A stretch of DNA of 64,000 nucleotides, from NCBI GenBank assembly GCA_963794945.1, contig CAWCFT010000016.1:47339-111338 (forward strand), given 5' to 3'. This DNA comes from Endomicrobiales bacterium. GTDB taxonomy: Bacteria > Elusimicrobiota > Endomicrobiia > Endomicrobiales > CAWCFT01. Shown piece by piece: positions 36,755 through 48,799 of this stretch; the first letter of the stretch is position 1, and every line of letters begins with the position of its first letter. A program made the translations under genes and the position numbers. The notes under the pieces were generated by a model. That model had not been told where the DNA came from. It searched no databases and saw only the letters and a program-made list of their open reading frames with translations.

Positions 36755-37958
36755 TTTTTATATTGAATATCTTGAGCACGGTCACCGCGGAAAATATCAG
36801 CATGAAGGGTATCACCGGGACGTGGTACCTGCCGACGTTATTTAGGTGCAGGCAGAAATAAAGGAATATCATGACCAGCGGCAGCGTGTACTTATAGTTC
36901 TTCCGCGATAAATATATCCCCGCCGCGCAGCTCGCGAGCATTGCTATCTGCAAAACAAGCAGGAATGTCTTGAACGCGAGCGCCGCGTAATTCTTTTCCT
37001 CTATGTACTGCCTGTTGGGTAAGTCTATCTGGAACGCTCCGGAGTGGCTCGTTACCCAGAACTTAGGCAGGAACCTGACGGACTTTATGATGTTCTCCGC
37101 AAGCTTAAGACGGCCTGTCGTAAGCGAGAGCTCGTCGATCTTTGACTTTATATCCTCGTCCACCTTGAACTCATCTTTGCCGGACATAAGTATCTTGTTA
37201 AGCGTCGCCTGGGCTTCCGGCGTCGGCCCGCCCATGAGCATCACGAGTTTGAACGAGTTGCCCTGTATGGTGCAAAATGGTATTACCTTGTTGAACACTA
37301 TCTTGTTGCGTATTGTCCAGGGCGCTATGGTCGCGGCAAAAATAAGGAGGAAGATCATGCCACTGCTTACAAGGCGCTCGCCTTTGAGGTTAACGAGGAC
37401 TGCCGTAAGGTACAACCCTATCGGGAAAAGCACTATAGTGGGCTTTGTCAGGACGCTAACGCCGAACAGAATGCCCGAAAACACCAGGTTGGCCGTCTTC
37501 CCATTCTTTTGCCACAAAGTGAACAGGTAGCTAGACGCTACGAAAAACATTGTGAACAGCGTCTCGGTCAGAACCAGGCCGCAGTAAGCTACCAGCACCG
37601 GGTAACACGCCGTAAGCAGCGCCGCTGTGAAAGCAGTTATGCCGTCGAATATCTCAAAGGCAAGAAGGAATATCAACACGCAAGTAAGCGAGTCAACCGC
37701 CGATTGGACAAGCCTTACGGCAACAAAGTTGTGGCCGAAGACCTGGTAAACAGCTGCAAGAAATAACGGATACACGGGCACGCGGAAGGCGCTCTGGTGG
37801 ACACCGTCAAGCGAGTAACCGGCGCCCCTTTCAACGTTCCAGCCGATCGCGTCGTACCCGGCGGCGTCGGAGACCACCGGCGTTTGAGGAAAGATTAGCA
37901 CGTAACAGGCCCGCAGAATAAAAGCGGTAAAAAATATTATAAGTATGCGTTTTATCAT
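36723..37958 (-). CDS. GT-C fold (ArnT/PMT_2-like) membrane glycosyltransferase
   Basis: SDAAGYD, FRVPVYP.FLA, LTETLF, PWTIRN, RYHVP; multiple TMs. Confidence 0.8.
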   Translation of the reverse strand: MIKRILIIFFTAFILRACYVLIFPQTPVVSDAAGYDAIGWNVERGAGYSLDGVHQSAFRVPVYPLFLAAVYQVFGHNFVAVRLVQSAVDSLTCVLIFLLAFEIFDGITAFTAALLTACYPVLVAYCGLVLTETLFTMFFVASSYLFTLWQKNGKTANLVFSGILFGVSVLTKPTIVLFPIGLYLTAVLVNLKGERLVSSGMIFLLIFAATIAPWTIRNKIVFNKVIPFCTIQGNSFKLVMLMGGPTPEAQATLNKILMSGKDEFKVDEDIKSKIDELSLTTGRLKLAENIIKSVRFLPKFWVTSHSGAFQIDLPNRQYIEEKNYAALAFKTFLLVLQIAMLASCAAGIYLSRKNYKYTLPLVMIFLYFCLHLNNVGRYHVPVIPFMLIFSAVTVLKIFNIKNENNTDKPAV

Positions 37959-39032
37959 TTAGTTTAGGAGGAGTTCCACGAACTTCCTGTTCTTTTGCGC
38001 CCATTTGCAAAGGATGCCGACAATTCCTTCCGCAGTCCGGCTAGGCTGCCAGCCCCACATTTTTTTAGCAAGCCTTATGTCCGCGACGAAATACGGTATA
38101 TCGTACTGCCTGTTCTCGGGGATCTTTTTGATGCCGGATCCGCGGCCGAAATATTCGCGGCACAGTTCCGTCATCTCAAGTAGCGACATCGAGCCCTTAG
38201 GCCCGCCGCCGATGTTGAGAGCCACACCCTTCTGCCTGCCCGGGTCCTTTATCTGCAGCATTATCAATGAGGCTATGTCTTCCGCCGTGACACAGTCCCT
38301 GACCTGCTTTCCTTTTCCGCCGAACCCTATGTACTTGAGCGGGTTGTTCAAAAGATAGGAGTAGACCCAGTACGAGAATATCCCCTGGTCTATCTTTCCG
38401 AACTGCCCAGGCCCGCCTATCACGCTTGAGCGGTTAACTACTACCGGGAAACCGAACGCACTGCCGTACTCGAATGCCATTATCTCGGAAGAAAGCTTGG
38501 TCGCGCCGTAAAGCGAGACCGGGCTCTTGACTGAAAATTCTTCCGATACACCAAACTCCGAGGCGCCGGTTATACCTGTCTCACCCGATATCTCGAACCT
38601 TGTGGAACCCTCTTTCAAGGGTATCCGGCAAAGTTCTTTTATGGAGTAAACCCTGCTCGTGCTAAGAAGTACCAATCCTGCCTTGTGCCTCCGGCAGTAT
38701 TCAAGGACATTTAGCGTTCCAACGAGATTGTTGTCAACGAGCTGTTCCGGGCCGCAGCCTTCAAAACCTTTTGTACCGGCTAGCACTGACGGGTTAGCCG
38801 CGCAGTCTATGACCCAGTCCGCGCCCGGAACAGCAAGCATGTCGGCCTTAAATCGAACGTCGCCGAATACCACATTAACGCCGCTTTTCTTGAGGGGCTC
38901 GACGCTTGTCTCGGATCCGTGCCTTGAGAGGTTGTCTATGCCGAAAACTTTCGCGCTCTTGAACGACTTTTTGAACTCAAGCGCTATCCTCGAACCTACA
39001 TAGCCGCAGACGCCGGTAATGAATATTTTCAC
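37959..39032 (-). CDS. NAD-dependent epimerase/dehydratase (CDP-paratose 2-epimerase-like)
   Basis: [35 protein letters not shown]. Confidence 0.85.
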   Translation of the reverse strand: MKIFITGVCGYVGSRIALEFKKSFKSAKVFGIDNLSRHGSETSVEPLKKSGVNVVFGDVRFKADMLAVPGADWVIDCAANPSVLAGTKGFEGCGPEQLVDNNLVGTLNVLEYCRRHKAGLVLLSTSRVYSIKELCRIPLKEGSTRFEISGETGITGASEFGVSEEFSVKSPVSLYGATKLSSEIMAFEYGSAFGFPVVVNRSSVIGGPGQFGKIDQGIFSYWVYSYLLNNPLKYIGFGGKGKQVRDCVTAEDIASLIMLQIKDPGRQKGVALNIGGGPKGSMSLLEMTELCREYFGRGSGIKKIPENRQYDIPYFVADIRLAKKMWGWQPSRTAEGIVGILCKWAQKNRKFVELLLN

Positions 39033-40081
39033 TTAACACCCCTGGAGTGCCAACCGGCTATGATCTCTTCAAATATCCTATCCAGCGGGACCGTAATATC
39101 CCAGGAAGGATAATGAGTTTTCATCTTTGAGAGGTCGGAAATATAGCATATGTGATCGCCTTCGCGGTTCTTATCGATGTATTCATATTGCATTTTTTTG
39201 CCAGTCAGCTGTTCAACTTTCTTGAAGGCTTCGAGGATCGAACACGAGTTGCCGCGCCCGCCGCCGATATTGTAGACCTCGCCGCTGCGCGGGTTCGCGA
39301 TGAAAGCCGCCATGAACCGCGCGACATCCAGCGCGTGTATGTTGTCGCGCACCTGTTTGCCTTTGTAGCCGTATATTTTATAAAGTTTACCTTCCAGGTT
39401 GCACTTAACGAGGTAGCTTAAGAACCCGTGGAGCTCCACCCCCGTGTGATTCGGGCCCGTGAGGCACCCGCCCCTAAGCGCGCAAGTCTTCATGCCGAAA
39501 TACCTGCCGTACTCCTGAACCATCACGTCGGCCGCGACTTTTGACGCTCCGAAAACGGAATGCTTCGAGCGGTCTATCCTGAAGGACTCGCTTATGCCGT
39601 TTGTGTATGCTGTATCGGCGTAGTCCCACCTGGTTGGAAGCTCCTTTAGTGCTATCTCGTTTGGCGCGTCGCCGTAAACTTTGTTCGTTGACATATAAAT
39701 GAACACGGCTTCCGGCACGGTCTTCCGGACGGATTCGAGCAGGTTGAGAGTCCCGACCGCGTTGACATCGAAATCGTCAAAGGGCCTTGCGGCCGCGAGG
39801 TCGTGGCTGGGCTGGGCCGCCGCATGCACGACCGCCTCCGGGCGTATCTCCTGAATAGTTTTTATGACGTTCTGGCGGTCGCGTATATCCAGCTCGTGAT
39901 GGGTGAAATTCTTGTATTGCTTTACGAGCCTTTCCTGATTCCAGCGCGTGTCTCCCACCGGGCCGAAGAAATCGGCGCGCATGTTGTTGTCTATACCGTG
40001 AACGTCGTTACCTTGCGACGCGAAATAACCCACCACCTCGCTGCCGATAAGGCCGTTGGAACCCGTAACAAGTATCTTCAT
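39029..40081 (-). CDS. NAD-dependent epimerase/dehydratase (CDP-paratose 2-epimerase-like)
   Basis: [38 protein letters not shown]. Confidence 0.85.
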   Translation of the reverse strand: MKILVTGSNGLIGSEVVGYFASQGNDVHGIDNNMRADFFGPVGDTRWNQERLVKQYKNFTHHELDIRDRQNVIKTIQEIRPEAVVHAAAQPSHDLAAARPFDDFDVNAVGTLNLLESVRKTVPEAVFIYMSTNKVYGDAPNEIALKELPTRWDYADTAYTNGISESFRIDRSKHSVFGASKVAADVMVQEYGRYFGMKTCALRGGCLTGPNHTGVELHGFLSYLVKCNLEGKLYKIYGYKGKQVRDNIHALDVARFMAAFIANPRSGEVYNIGGGRGNSCSILEAFKKVEQLTGKKMQYEYIDKNREGDHICYISDLSKMKTHYPSWDITVPLDRIFEEIIAGWHSRGVK

Positions 40082-41235
40082 TGTGTTTTGTCCGCCTTCA
40101 GAGAAAAATCCACTATCTTCGGTATCAGTTTTTCCCAGTTGTATTTCTTAACCGTGCTGTATCCTTCTTCTATAAGTTTATCCGTAAGCGCCGGTTCCTC
40201 TAGCAGCCGGCTTATTTTTTCCGCGAGAGAGTTAACATTGTCGTGCTCGAACAAGAGCACGTCTTTGCTATCAGTGCATATCTCCCTCACTCCCTCGAGG
40301 TTAGACGACACGACGGCCGTTTTGGAAGCCCAGTACTCGTATAGTTTAAGCGTTGTGATGATCCGGTTCGCAAGGCTGTCCCGCCTTGGTATAACGCCTA
40401 TTTTAGCTTTTTTGAGATACTCCCTGGCCTGCCCGCAAGGCAGGTAATCCGTAAAAACGCACTTATCGTAAACACCGGCCTGCCTCGCCAACAGCTGTAT
40501 GTTGGAAAGCTCCCTTCCGCCGCCTACAACGTAGAAAACCGCCTCGGGATGCTTTTTTGAGACAATAGCTGCGGCGGAAATAAAATCTTCAACGCCATGC
40601 TGCCTGTCAACGCTTCCGAGATGGATCACACCTTTTTCCGCGCCGCTCTCTTTGTCATCTGGCATCTTATCTGTCTCGGCGCCGTCATAAACAACGCTTA
40701 TTTTTTCCTCGGGTATGCCTTTCAAAACCAGGTGTTTCTTCATCGCTTCGGTCTCGGTTATCATCCTGTCGGCTGACTTTATTATCCAATATTCTACGGC
40801 GAGTATTAACGGCGCGAGCATTTTCTCAATAATATTCCTTTTCCCGATGACTATGTATTCCGCATGGATGTCGGTGAGGTCCAGGACGAAAGTGAATTTG
40901 AAGAACATCCGGAGAATTGGTATGCTGGCCGCGGATATGGTGTTGTGTATAAAAAATATATCGGTGGTCCGCACAAATGCAAGGAACTTCCTGAAGAGCC
41001 TTACGTTGAATTTAAGTGATGAGAGGATTGAAGAGCGTTGTTTGCGCGGGGCGTGTAGCCAGTGCACTTTTATGCCGTTAATATTGCCGACGCCTTCGGT
41101 AGGGGCTATTATTACGACATTATGCCCTCTTCTTTTGAACTCTTCCGCGCTAAGAAGCGTCCTCAACGCCCCGCCTCCCCTTATAGGGCTCAGAGGGTCA
41201 TGGGTCGACACGATAATATTTTTTTTTCGTTCCAT
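40078..41235 (-). CDS. Glycosyltransferase family 4
   Basis: GGGALR, ISVVYDG, KLYEYWA..AVVSS, YNWE. Confidence 0.85.
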   Translation of the reverse strand: MERKKNIIVSTHDPLSPIRGGGALRTLLSAEEFKRRGHNVVIIAPTEGVGNINGIKVHWLHAPRKQRSSILSSLKFNVRLFRKFLAFVRTTDIFFIHNTISAASIPILRMFFKFTFVLDLTDIHAEYIVIGKRNIIEKMLAPLILAVEYWIIKSADRMITETEAMKKHLVLKGIPEEKISVVYDGAETDKMPDDKESGAEKGVIHLGSVDRQHGVEDFISAAAIVSKKHPEAVFYVVGGGRELSNIQLLARQAGVYDKCVFTDYLPCGQAREYLKKAKIGVIPRRDSLANRIITTLKLYEYWASKTAVVSSNLEGVREICTDSKDVLLFEHDNVNSLAEKISRLLEEPALTDKLIEEGYSTVKKYNWEKLIPKIVDFSLKADKTQ

Positions 41236-41371
41236 ATTTTAGTTGTCTGGAATTCTGCCGTCAAACAGTACGGTTCATTTGAAATATTAACTGAAAATAC
41301 ATAATGATTATAACTTTTTGGTCGTGGGTTTGCAACATATGCTGCCGGCACTATTTGCATCATGCACCCAC

Positions 41372-42781
41372 TTAGCCAATGCCGTTTCCAGCCCTGATCT
41401 TATATATCTTTGCCAGAAGCCTCAGAAAAGCCCTGGGAACACCCGCCGCCCTGAGCTTTCTTTTATAATCCCTGACCCTGATTTCTTTCGACAGCTTAGC
41501 CGCCCTGACAAATATTTCTTTCCTGTCTTCTTCGGATAGTTCCGGTGTGAAAAACACAGGATTGTTCATCGAAGGTAAAACCCTATGGAGGTACTGCTGC
41601 GGATCGACAATAAAACAGCCTAGCTTTTTTATCCAATCATAAAGTCCGGTACCTGGGTAAGGCACCGGATGATAGAACCTGACATCTGAAAAAGGATATT
41701 TATTGGCTAACGCGAACGATTCTTCTATATCTTCTTTTGTTTCGCCCAGTAAGCCAATAAAAAAAGACGCCGAAACATCAAAACCAAGCTTCAGCGCCGT
41801 TTTGACCGCGGCTTCCACAACAGCCGGTGTTTCTATTTTTTTCAATGTTCTCATGACTTTTCCGCTGCCGGAATCTATTTCAAACAGGATATCCCTAAAC
41901 CCAACGTCTTTCATTGCCGTAAGTATCTCTTCGTCTACCTTGCCGGCCCTGATTCCGTTACCGCAGCTAAGGGCCAGTTCCTTCATTCCCGATTCTTTTA
42001 TGAGCCTGCAGATGTGGAGGGCCCTGTCTTTGCGCGTCGAAAAGTTGTCATCGGCCACACGGAAGGCCCTATAGCCTTTCTCGTACCAGTACTTTATTTC
42101 GTTTATAATGCTGCCGGGGCTTCTATACCTGATCTTATGCCCCATTGCGGTCTTCGTGTAACAAGCCGCGCAAGCCGCGGTACATCCGCGCGACGTTACA
42201 ATAGGGATCTCGCGCTGAGAGTTTGCCGTTTTAGCCCCCAGGTATCTTTTAAGGTCGAATTTATTGTATCTTGGAAAATCAACGTTATCCAGCTCTGCGC
42301 AAAAGTCTCGCTCACCGTTAAATATAACTTTCCACTCCTGACGGAATATCAGCCCCTTGATGTCTCTTAAATCTTTAACTCCCGAGCACAGCTCCACCAT
42401 CGTTTCTTCACCTTCAAGGACTACACCGTAATCCAGCCATTTGCACTCCATCAGCGCACGCTCCCGCATAAGCGATATATTGGGGCCTCCTGCGGCTATC
42501 TTTACAGCCGGAAAATTTTGTTTTATCGCGTTGATCCTCACGTAGTTCTCTTTGTGTCGGTACGTCGGCATGGTTATGCCGACCAAAGAAGGCTTATACA
42601 TCTTAATTTTTTGCATCAGGTCGGCGTCGCTATAGCCCAGGCTCATATCGAACACGTCATAATCCAGGCCATTGTTCTCGAGGGCTTGCGCTATATAGCC
42701 AAGGCCCGAATGGAGCACGGGCTCGCGGAACGGTGAGTTCCTGTAAGGCGGGTTGATAAGAAGTACTTTGTGTTGAACCAA
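41372..42781 (-). CDS. B12-binding radical SAM protein
   Basis: LLINPP, GLGYIA, AGGPN, TSRGCTAACAAC, DDNF, PYPGT. Confidence 0.85.
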   Translation of the reverse strand: MVQHKVLLINPPYRNSPFREPVLHSGLGYIAQALENNGLDYDVFDMSLGYSDADLMQKIKMYKPSLVGITMPTYRHKENYVRINAIKQNFPAVKIAAGGPNISLMRERALMECKWLDYGVVLEGEETMVELCSGVKDLRDIKGLIFRQEWKVIFNGERDFCAELDNVDFPRYNKFDLKRYLGAKTANSQREIPIVTSRGCTAACAACYTKTAMGHKIRYRSPGSIINEIKYWYEKGYRAFRVADDNFSTRKDRALHICRLIKESGMKELALSCGNGIRAGKVDEEILTAMKDVGFRDILFEIDSGSGKVMRTLKKIETPAVVEAAVKTALKLGFDVSASFFIGLLGETKEDIEESFALANKYPFSDVRFYHPVPYPGTGLYDWIKKLGCFIVDPQQYLHRVLPSMNNPVFFTPELSEEDRKEIFVRAAKLSKEIRVRDYKRKLRAAGVPRAFLRLLAKIYKIRAGNGIG

Positions 42782-42799
42782 TTGATTACCGTTTGTTTT

Positions 42800-43813
42800 T
42801 TAATGTATTCCGCAAGAACCTTTTATGCCCTTCTTTTTAAAATAGTGCTGGTGGTATTCCTCCGCCGGGTAAAACGGCCCCGCGGGTACTATTTCGGTCA
42901 CAACCTTGTTCTTGTGTGTTCCTGACCTGTCCAGCGCTTCTTTTGAGGCTTTAGCCTTCGCTTCCTGCTCCGGGGTAAAATAAAATATCACCGAGCGGTA
43001 CTGGTTGCCCGTGTCCGGGCCCTGGCGGTTGAGAGTGGTCGGGTCGTGCATTTCCCAGAACGCTTTGAGAAGCTGGTCATAAGATATGACTGATGGGTCG
43101 TATTCAACTAGTGTTGTTTCCGCGTGGCCTGTGTTTCCGCCGCAAACGTCCGAGTATGTAGGGCTCTTAAAATGACCACCGCTGTAACCTACTTGTGTAC
43201 TAATGACTCCTTTGAGCTCATCGAACTCGGACTGCACGCCCCAGAAACAGCCCGCGGCGAACATCGCCTTCTCCGTTTTCCTGTTCTTGGGTACGAATTT
43301 CAGCGACACTGAATTAATGCAGTACCTCTTATGCGTCGGCGCGGGGCCGTCGTCAAAAACGTGGCCAAGGTGCGCCCCGCACCGCGCGCATTCCACTTCC
43401 GTGCGCTGCATGCCGAGGCTGTTGTCAGTGAGATATTTCAGGTTACTTTCGGCTACCGGGTTAAAAAAGCTCGGCCAGCCGGTACCGGAATCGAATTTTG
43501 TTTCAGAAACGAAGAGGTTTGTCCCGCAGCGAACGCATTTGTAAAGCCCTGCCTCTTTATTCTTGTAGAGTTCGCAGCTGAAAGCCTGTTCCGTCCCCTT
43601 TTTTCTAGTCACCTCAAATTGTTCCGGGGTCAGTACTTTCTTCCATTCAACATCGGTCTTTGTTACCTTGTCAACTACAACTGATCTACCTGTAGCATAA
43701 TCAAAAATTGAAATTTTATTCTTATCCATAAGCTCGCTCCCGCCGGCTTTCAATATTAATACAAACAATAGCGCCGTGCATATCATTATCAACCATAAAA
43801 AAAATCTTTTCAT
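42800..43813 (-). CDS. msrAB: Fused methionine sulfoxide reductase MsrB-MsrA with N-terminal signal/anchor
   Basis: [56 protein letters not shown]. Confidence 0.93.
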   Translation of the reverse strand: MKRFFLWLIMICTALLFVLILKAGGSELMDKNKISIFDYATGRSVVVDKVTKTDVEWKKVLTPEQFEVTRKKGTEQAFSCELYKNKEAGLYKCVRCGTNLFVSETKFDSGTGWPSFFNPVAESNLKYLTDNSLGMQRTEVECARCGAHLGHVFDDGPAPTHKRYCINSVSLKFVPKNRKTEKAMFAAGCFWGVQSEFDELKGVISTQVGYSGGHFKSPTYSDVCGGNTGHAETTLVEYDPSVISYDQLLKAFWEMHDPTTLNRQGPDTGNQYRSVIFYFTPEQEAKAKASKEALDRSGTHKNKVVTEIVPAGPFYPAEEYHQHYFKKKGIKGSCGIH

Positions 43814-43852
43814 TAATTTTACCCCTTTTTTACGCTGTTACACCGCCGGATT

Positions 43853-44701
43853 TTAAGCAACCTTGCGCCATTTATAAAGAAGAGCTAGATTCTTTTTATC
43901 CGAGCCTTCGGGCTCTTTTGGAGTTTCTAGTATACCGGCCTGGGCAATAGCATTAACTTTTTTTATGAGGTACTTGAAACCCTCTTTGCCTATATAACCC
44001 CTGCCTATATGCTGGTGCCGGTCTTTCCTCGACCCGCAGGGCACCATCGAATCGTTAAAGTGGAGCATCTTGAGATATTTGAGGCCTATCATGCTATCAA
44101 AATCTCTAAGCATCTTATCGGTTCCGGAAAGCTTCGAGATATCGTAGCCCGCGGCAAAAGTGTGCGCCGTATCCAAACAGACGCCTACTCGATCTCTATC
44201 CGTCACACCCTCGATCATAGCGTTTATCTCTTCGAAGGCGCTGCCGAGGCGGCGGCCGCCGCCTGCGACGGTCTCGATAAGTATCAGGCACTTGCCTTTA
44301 ACTTTAGATATTGCCCTGTTAAAACCCTTAACAACATTCTCGATACCTTTTTGCAGCGTGGAGCCTTCGGAATATGCACCGGGATGTATCACAAGGAAAT
44401 CCGCGCCTATCTGCTCCGCGACTGCGAGGTCGTCTATCAGCGCGTTTACAGAACGGCGGTATAGGATTTTTTTTGATGTCGCGATGTTCGGAAGGTAGGG
44501 TATGTGCACGGCGAGGGGATAAATACCGAGCTCTTTTCTTAGCTTTTTAAAAGCCTTAACGTCGCTTTTTGTGTGGCGGCTGATCTTCCACATCCTGGGG
44601 CTTCGCGTGAAGATCTGCAACGCTTCGCAATTCTTTTCTTTCGCCTCAAGCAGCGCGCCGGAAAGTCCGTTCTTTAATGAGCAGTGTACGCCGAATCGCA
44701 T
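43853..44701 (-). CDS. nfo: Endonuclease IV
   Basis: GVHCS, HIPYLPN, HPGA, CLDTAH, HFNDS, DRHQHIG, LETP. Confidence 0.92.
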   Translation of the reverse strand: MRFGVHCSLKNGLSGALLEAKEKNCEALQIFTRSPRMWKISRHTKSDVKAFKKLRKELGIYPLAVHIPYLPNIATSKKILYRRSVNALIDDLAVAEQIGADFLVIHPGAYSEGSTLQKGIENVVKGFNRAISKVKGKCLILIETVAGGGRRLGSAFEEINAMIEGVTDRDRVGVCLDTAHTFAAGYDISKLSGTDKMLRDFDSMIGLKYLKMLHFNDSMVPCGSRKDRHQHIGRGYIGKEGFKYLIKKVNAIAQAGILETPKEPEGSDKKNLALLYKWRKVA

Positions 44702-44723
44702 ATTATCCTGTGTGCGCGGGTCT

Positions 44724-45155
44724 TTAGAGTTTTTTAAGCAGTTCGCTTTTGATCACGGCTATACCACTTCTTGTCAGGGCCTCAATGGCTTTCTTGTATT
44801 CGTCTATCTTGAATATCACCACGGCCTTGCCGCCGCTTTTCTCAACGGTAGCGTACATATACTCAACATTGAGGCCTTCCTTGTCAAGCGTCTCCAACAC
44901 CTTAGACAGGCCGCCGGGTTTATCCTCGACTTCGATGCCTATGACATCCGTCTCCTGCACAACGAACTTGTTCTTCTTCAATATGTCCCTGGTCTTGTCC
45001 GGGTCATTGACTATGAGGCGCAGGACGCCGAAATCTTTTGTGTCGGCCAGCGAGAGCGCTCGAATGTTTATTCCCTCTTCAGCTAAGCACTCGATGACCT
45101 TTGCGAGCCTGCCTTTTTTGTTCTCAAGAAAGACCAATATCTGTTTGATGTTCAT
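44724..45155 (-). CDS. ACT-domain protein
   Basis: FLENKKGRL, INIRALSLADT.DFGVLRLIV, DKPGGL, NVEYMYA. Confidence 0.9.
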   Translation of the reverse strand: MNIKQILVFLENKKGRLAKVIECLAEEGINIRALSLADTKDFGVLRLIVNDPDKTRDILKKNKFVVQETDVIGIEVEDKPGGLSKVLETLDKEGLNVEYMYATVEKSGGKAVVIFKIDEYKKAIEALTRSGIAVIKSELLKKL

Positions 45156-45171
45156 AAAACCTCCTAAACCT

Positions 45172-45266
45172 CAGCTACAGGCTTCAAGCTACAGGTTACA
45201 TGAACCAACCTTTGGACTTTTAGCTTGTGGCTTGCAGCGGCTTTTTATGTTAAGCTTGCGGCTTGA
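45172..45266. repeat. Heptamer-periodic inverted repeat (intergenic)
   Basis: GCTACAG GCTTCAA GCTACAG GTTACAT ... TAGCTTG TGGCTTG ... AAGCTTG CGGCTTG. Confidence 0.65.
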
Positions 45267-45268
45267 TT

Positions 45269-46568
45269 TTATATTTTTCTCTTGTCGATTATGCGTTTCG
45301 CCTTGCCTTCGCTTCTCGCGATCGCCTTGGGCTCGACAAGTTTTACTTTCGCCCGGATTCCCAGGACTCCAAATATCTGTTTTTCTATGTTCTGCTCAAA
45401 ACCTTCGAGGTTCTTTATCTCATCCGAGAACATCTTTTCGTTCATCTCCACCTGCACTTCAAGGCAGTCTAGCTGGCCAACGCGCTCTACAACAAGCTGG
45501 TAGTGAGGTTCAACCCCTTCAACCTTCAGCAGGACCTCTTCTATCTGGGACGGGAAAACGTTCACACCGCGGATTATCAGCATGTCGTCCGTCCGGCCGA
45601 GCAGCCTGTGCATCCTGCGTGTTGTCCTGCCGCACCTGCAGTGAGAATCCATGAGGTATGTTATGTCCCTTGTCCTGTACCTTATAATGGGTGTGCCTTC
45701 TTTAGTCAATGTAGTCACGACCAGCTCCCCTTTTTCTCCAGCCGGCAAAACTTCGCATGTTACAGGGTCAATTATTTCCGGATAGAAATGGTCTTCGTTG
45801 ACATGGAGCCCGTGCTGGCACTCGCACTCGGACGAAACCCCTGGGCCGATTATCTCAGTCAGCCCGTATATATCGTACGCCTTTATGCCCATTTTTGCTT
45901 CTATCTCTTTTCGCATGCTCTCGCTCCAGGACTCGGCGCCAAAAAATCCCGCCTTAAGTTTCAAGTCCTTGAAGCTCATCCCTTCTTCTTTCGCAACCTC
46001 AGCTATGTAGAGGCAGTAGGATGGGGTGCAAGTTAGTACTGTCGAACCGAAATCGCGCATGACCGCTATCTGGCGTTTCGTGTTGCCGCCGGATATGGGA
46101 AGAACGGTCGCGCCTATTTTCCGCGCGCCGTAATGGGCTCCCAAGCCTCCGGTAAAAAGCCCGTAGCCGTAGGCATTCTGAACGATGTCGTGTTTAGTTG
46201 TCCCACCCATCGCAAGCGTTCTCGCCATAACCTCGCTCCAAATCTCTATGTCTTTAGCCGTGTAAGCATCAACTATCGGTTTGCCGGTTGTCCCGGAAGA
46301 CGTGTGTATCTCGACAATGTTCTTCATGTCGTCAGCCAGCAGGCCGTATGGATAAACCTGCCTCATGTCGTCCTTGGTAGTAAAAGGCAGCCTTAGATAT
46401 ATCAGTTATGCTTTTGATGTCTTTTGGTTTTACGCCTTCATCGTCCAGCTTACTCTTATAAAACGGCACCTTCTCGTAAAGCCGTTCGACAAGCGCCGTC
46501 AGGTTATAACTCTGCCAGTTCTTGAGCTCCTGCCCTGTCATGCATTCCTGTTTCTCGTTGAAGATCAT
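45269..46568 (-). CDS. paaK: Phenylacetate-CoA ligase (apparent indel near 46391)
   Basis: [10 protein letters not shown] start at 46568; corrected [45 protein letters not shown]. Confidence 0.9.
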
Positions 46569-47174
46569 TGCGATACCTCTTTCCTGCCAAAGTTGAAAGC
46601 TTGCTATATTTTTTCCCGCGGTTCCTTCCGGCACACATTTAATGATCGCTCTCTGAACATCGGCGGCCCTTATATCCAGGTATTTTGACAGCGCCCCAAG
46701 CACCGCTACATTTATAAACTTAGGGCCGCCAACCTTTTGGGCCAGTTCGGCGGGGTCCAAAGTTACAACTTCTTTATACTCCCGTTTTAAATATTCTACC
46801 GTGTCCTCAGGATAAGTTTTAGCCCCGGAAGGCTGTATGCGTGTTTTAACAATAATGAATTTTGTTGAAGATTGCGCGTAGTCCAGCCAGCGCAGTGTTT
46901 CCATCTCTTCCAGGGACACAATAACATCGGCATCGTGTTTACCAACTACCGGAGAAAACACTTTTATACCGAAACGCACGTGCGCGAAGACCGAGCCGCC
47001 CCGCTGGCTCATCCCATGTATCTCGCTTTTTTTTACATCGTGGCCGGAATACATCGCGGCGAGGGCGAGTATGTCGGATGCAAGAACTATCCCCTGCCCG
47101 CCCACCCCGACGAACAACACGTTGTCGGAAATATCTTCCGAGATTATTTCATTTTTTTTGCGAGTATTATGCAT
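46565..47174 (-). CDS. iorB: Indolepyruvate oxidoreductase subunit beta (apparent indel near 46596 fuses it to paaK in the track)
   Basis: GVGGQGIVLAS, SEIHGMSQRGGSV. Removing one T gives ...[14 protein letters not shown] with an ATGA overlap to paaK. Confidence 0.85.
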
Positions 47175-48712
47175 TTTCCCTTTACTGCGAGAAGCGATAG
47201 CTTCCCTGACTTTTTGAGCCTTACAACGGCCTCTTCGATCTCCGCAGGTTTGAAGGCGCTGACTTCTGCGAAGTTCCCGGCGCCTATGCCCACGGCTTCC
47301 GCGAGTTTTCCGTAATTAAGCGACCATGTGTCTTCGTTCTTTATGGTCTTTCCGGAAAGAGGGTTTGGCTGCATTCCCGTCATGGCTGTCGTTCCGTTAT
47401 CTAGAACTATTATCAGCGATTTACGTTTGTTGTAGGCCGCGTTAAGGAGGCCTGTTATGCCGGAATGCGCGAATGTGGAATCGCCTATAACGGCGACTAT
47501 ATCGTCATCCGGTTTGGCAAGCTCCATACCCTGCGCGGCGGTCACGCTCGCGCCCATATCTATGCAGGTGTCAAGCGCCTTGAAAGGTTCAAGCACGCCA
47601 AGCGAATAACAGCCTATGTCGCCGGAAACCACATATCCCAGCTTTGACAACAGCCCGAATACGCCCCTGTGCGGACAGCCCTGGCACAGAACCGGGTACC
47701 TTGGCGGTACAGCTGGAATGTTCTTATTGGTGTTAGTATTTTCTTCAAGCCCGAAAGCTTTCTTTATAGTATCCTGAGAGAACTCTCCTATAGACGGGAA
47801 TACGTTTTTGCCTTCTGCCTTTATTCCCATGGCGGCAACGCGCGTCTCTATGAATGGATCGAGCTCTTCCACGATATATAGTTTTTTGACCTTGCCGGAA
47901 AATTCTCTTATCATTTTTCCCGGAAGCGGCCAGACCATACCGAGTTTCAGAACAGACGCCTGAGGAAAGACTTCCCTGACGTATTGGTAGCTTGCTCCCG
48001 AGACGATGAACCCCTTTTCGGCATCCTTGAGAAACATCTCGTTAACTGGCGACCCTTCTGAATATCCTTCTAAAAGCTTCAACCGCTTTTCGAGTTCAAC
48101 ACGCCTTACTCTGGCGTTCGAAGGTATCATCACGTATTTGCCGGTGCAGCGCTTGAAGCCTTCCGGCTTAGCCTGTTTCGATATTTTTCCCGGCACAACA
48201 ACGCTTTTAGAATGGGATATCCTGGTGGTGGTCCTCAGTATTACGGGGGTATCGAACTGTTCGCTTATCTCAAAGGCGAGTTTTGTAAAATCTTTCGCTT
48301 CCTGGGAATTTGATGGTTCGAGGACAGGAATTTTAGCGGCATAGCCGTAGTTGCGGTTGTCCTGCTCGTTCTGTGAGGAGTGCATACCCGGGTCATCAGC
48401 TGAAACAACTACAAACCCCGCCTTGATGCCGGTGTACGCTGACGTAAATAGAGGGTCGGCAGCAACGTTGAGCCCCACATGCTTCATGGTGACTAAGCTT
48501 CTAGCGCCTGACATAGACGCGCCGAGAGCAACTTCGAAGGCCACTTTTTCGTTGACCGACCACTCAGTGTATATCTCGTCATGCCGGCAAAGCGCTTCCA
48601 AAATCTCTGTGGAAGGCGTACCGGGGTAGCCGGTGCCGACCAGAGCGCCTGCCTCCAGAGCGCCTAGAGCTATAGCTTCGTTACCGGACAAAAGCATTTT
48701 CTCTGGGTTCAT
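47144..48712 (-). CDS. iorA: Indolepyruvate oxidoreductase subunit alpha
   Basis: SGNEAIA, YPGTPSTE, MKHVGLNVAADP, HSSQNEQD, CQGCPHR, GDIGCY, IGDSTF. Confidence 0.92.
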   Translation of the reverse strand: MNPEKMLLSGNEAIALGALEAGALVGTGYPGTPSTEILEALCRHDEIYTEWSVNEKVAFEVALGASMSGARSLVTMKHVGLNVAADPLFTSAYTGIKAGFVVVSADDPGMHSSQNEQDNRNYGYAAKIPVLEPSNSQEAKDFTKLAFEISEQFDTPVILRTTTRISHSKSVVVPGKISKQAKPEGFKRCTGKYVMIPSNARVRRVELEKRLKLLEGYSEGSPVNEMFLKDAEKGFIVSGASYQYVREVFPQASVLKLGMVWPLPGKMIREFSGKVKKLYIVEELDPFIETRVAAMGIKAEGKNVFPSIGEFSQDTIKKAFGLEENTNTNKNIPAVPPRYPVLCQGCPHRGVFGLLSKLGYVVSGDIGCYSLGVLEPFKALDTCIDMGASVTAAQGMELAKPDDDIVAVIGDSTFAHSGITGLLNAAYNKRKSLIIVLDNGTTAMTGMQPNPLSGKTIKNEDTWSLNYGKLAEAVGIGAGNFAEVSAFKPAEIEEAVVRLKKSGKLSLLAVKGKCIILAKKMK

Positions 48713-48799
48713 AGTATTTGTAAATTATACAATATTTTAGGCAGTTCGTGGCTGATCCGATAGTTATATAGTTGGATTCCAATGATTTATCACCATGCT

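Noticed and set aside
46332..47174. IorB-PaaK fusion protein suggested by the ORF track
   Set aside because: Two single-base indels explain it; correction restores separate iorB and paaK with an ATGA overlap.
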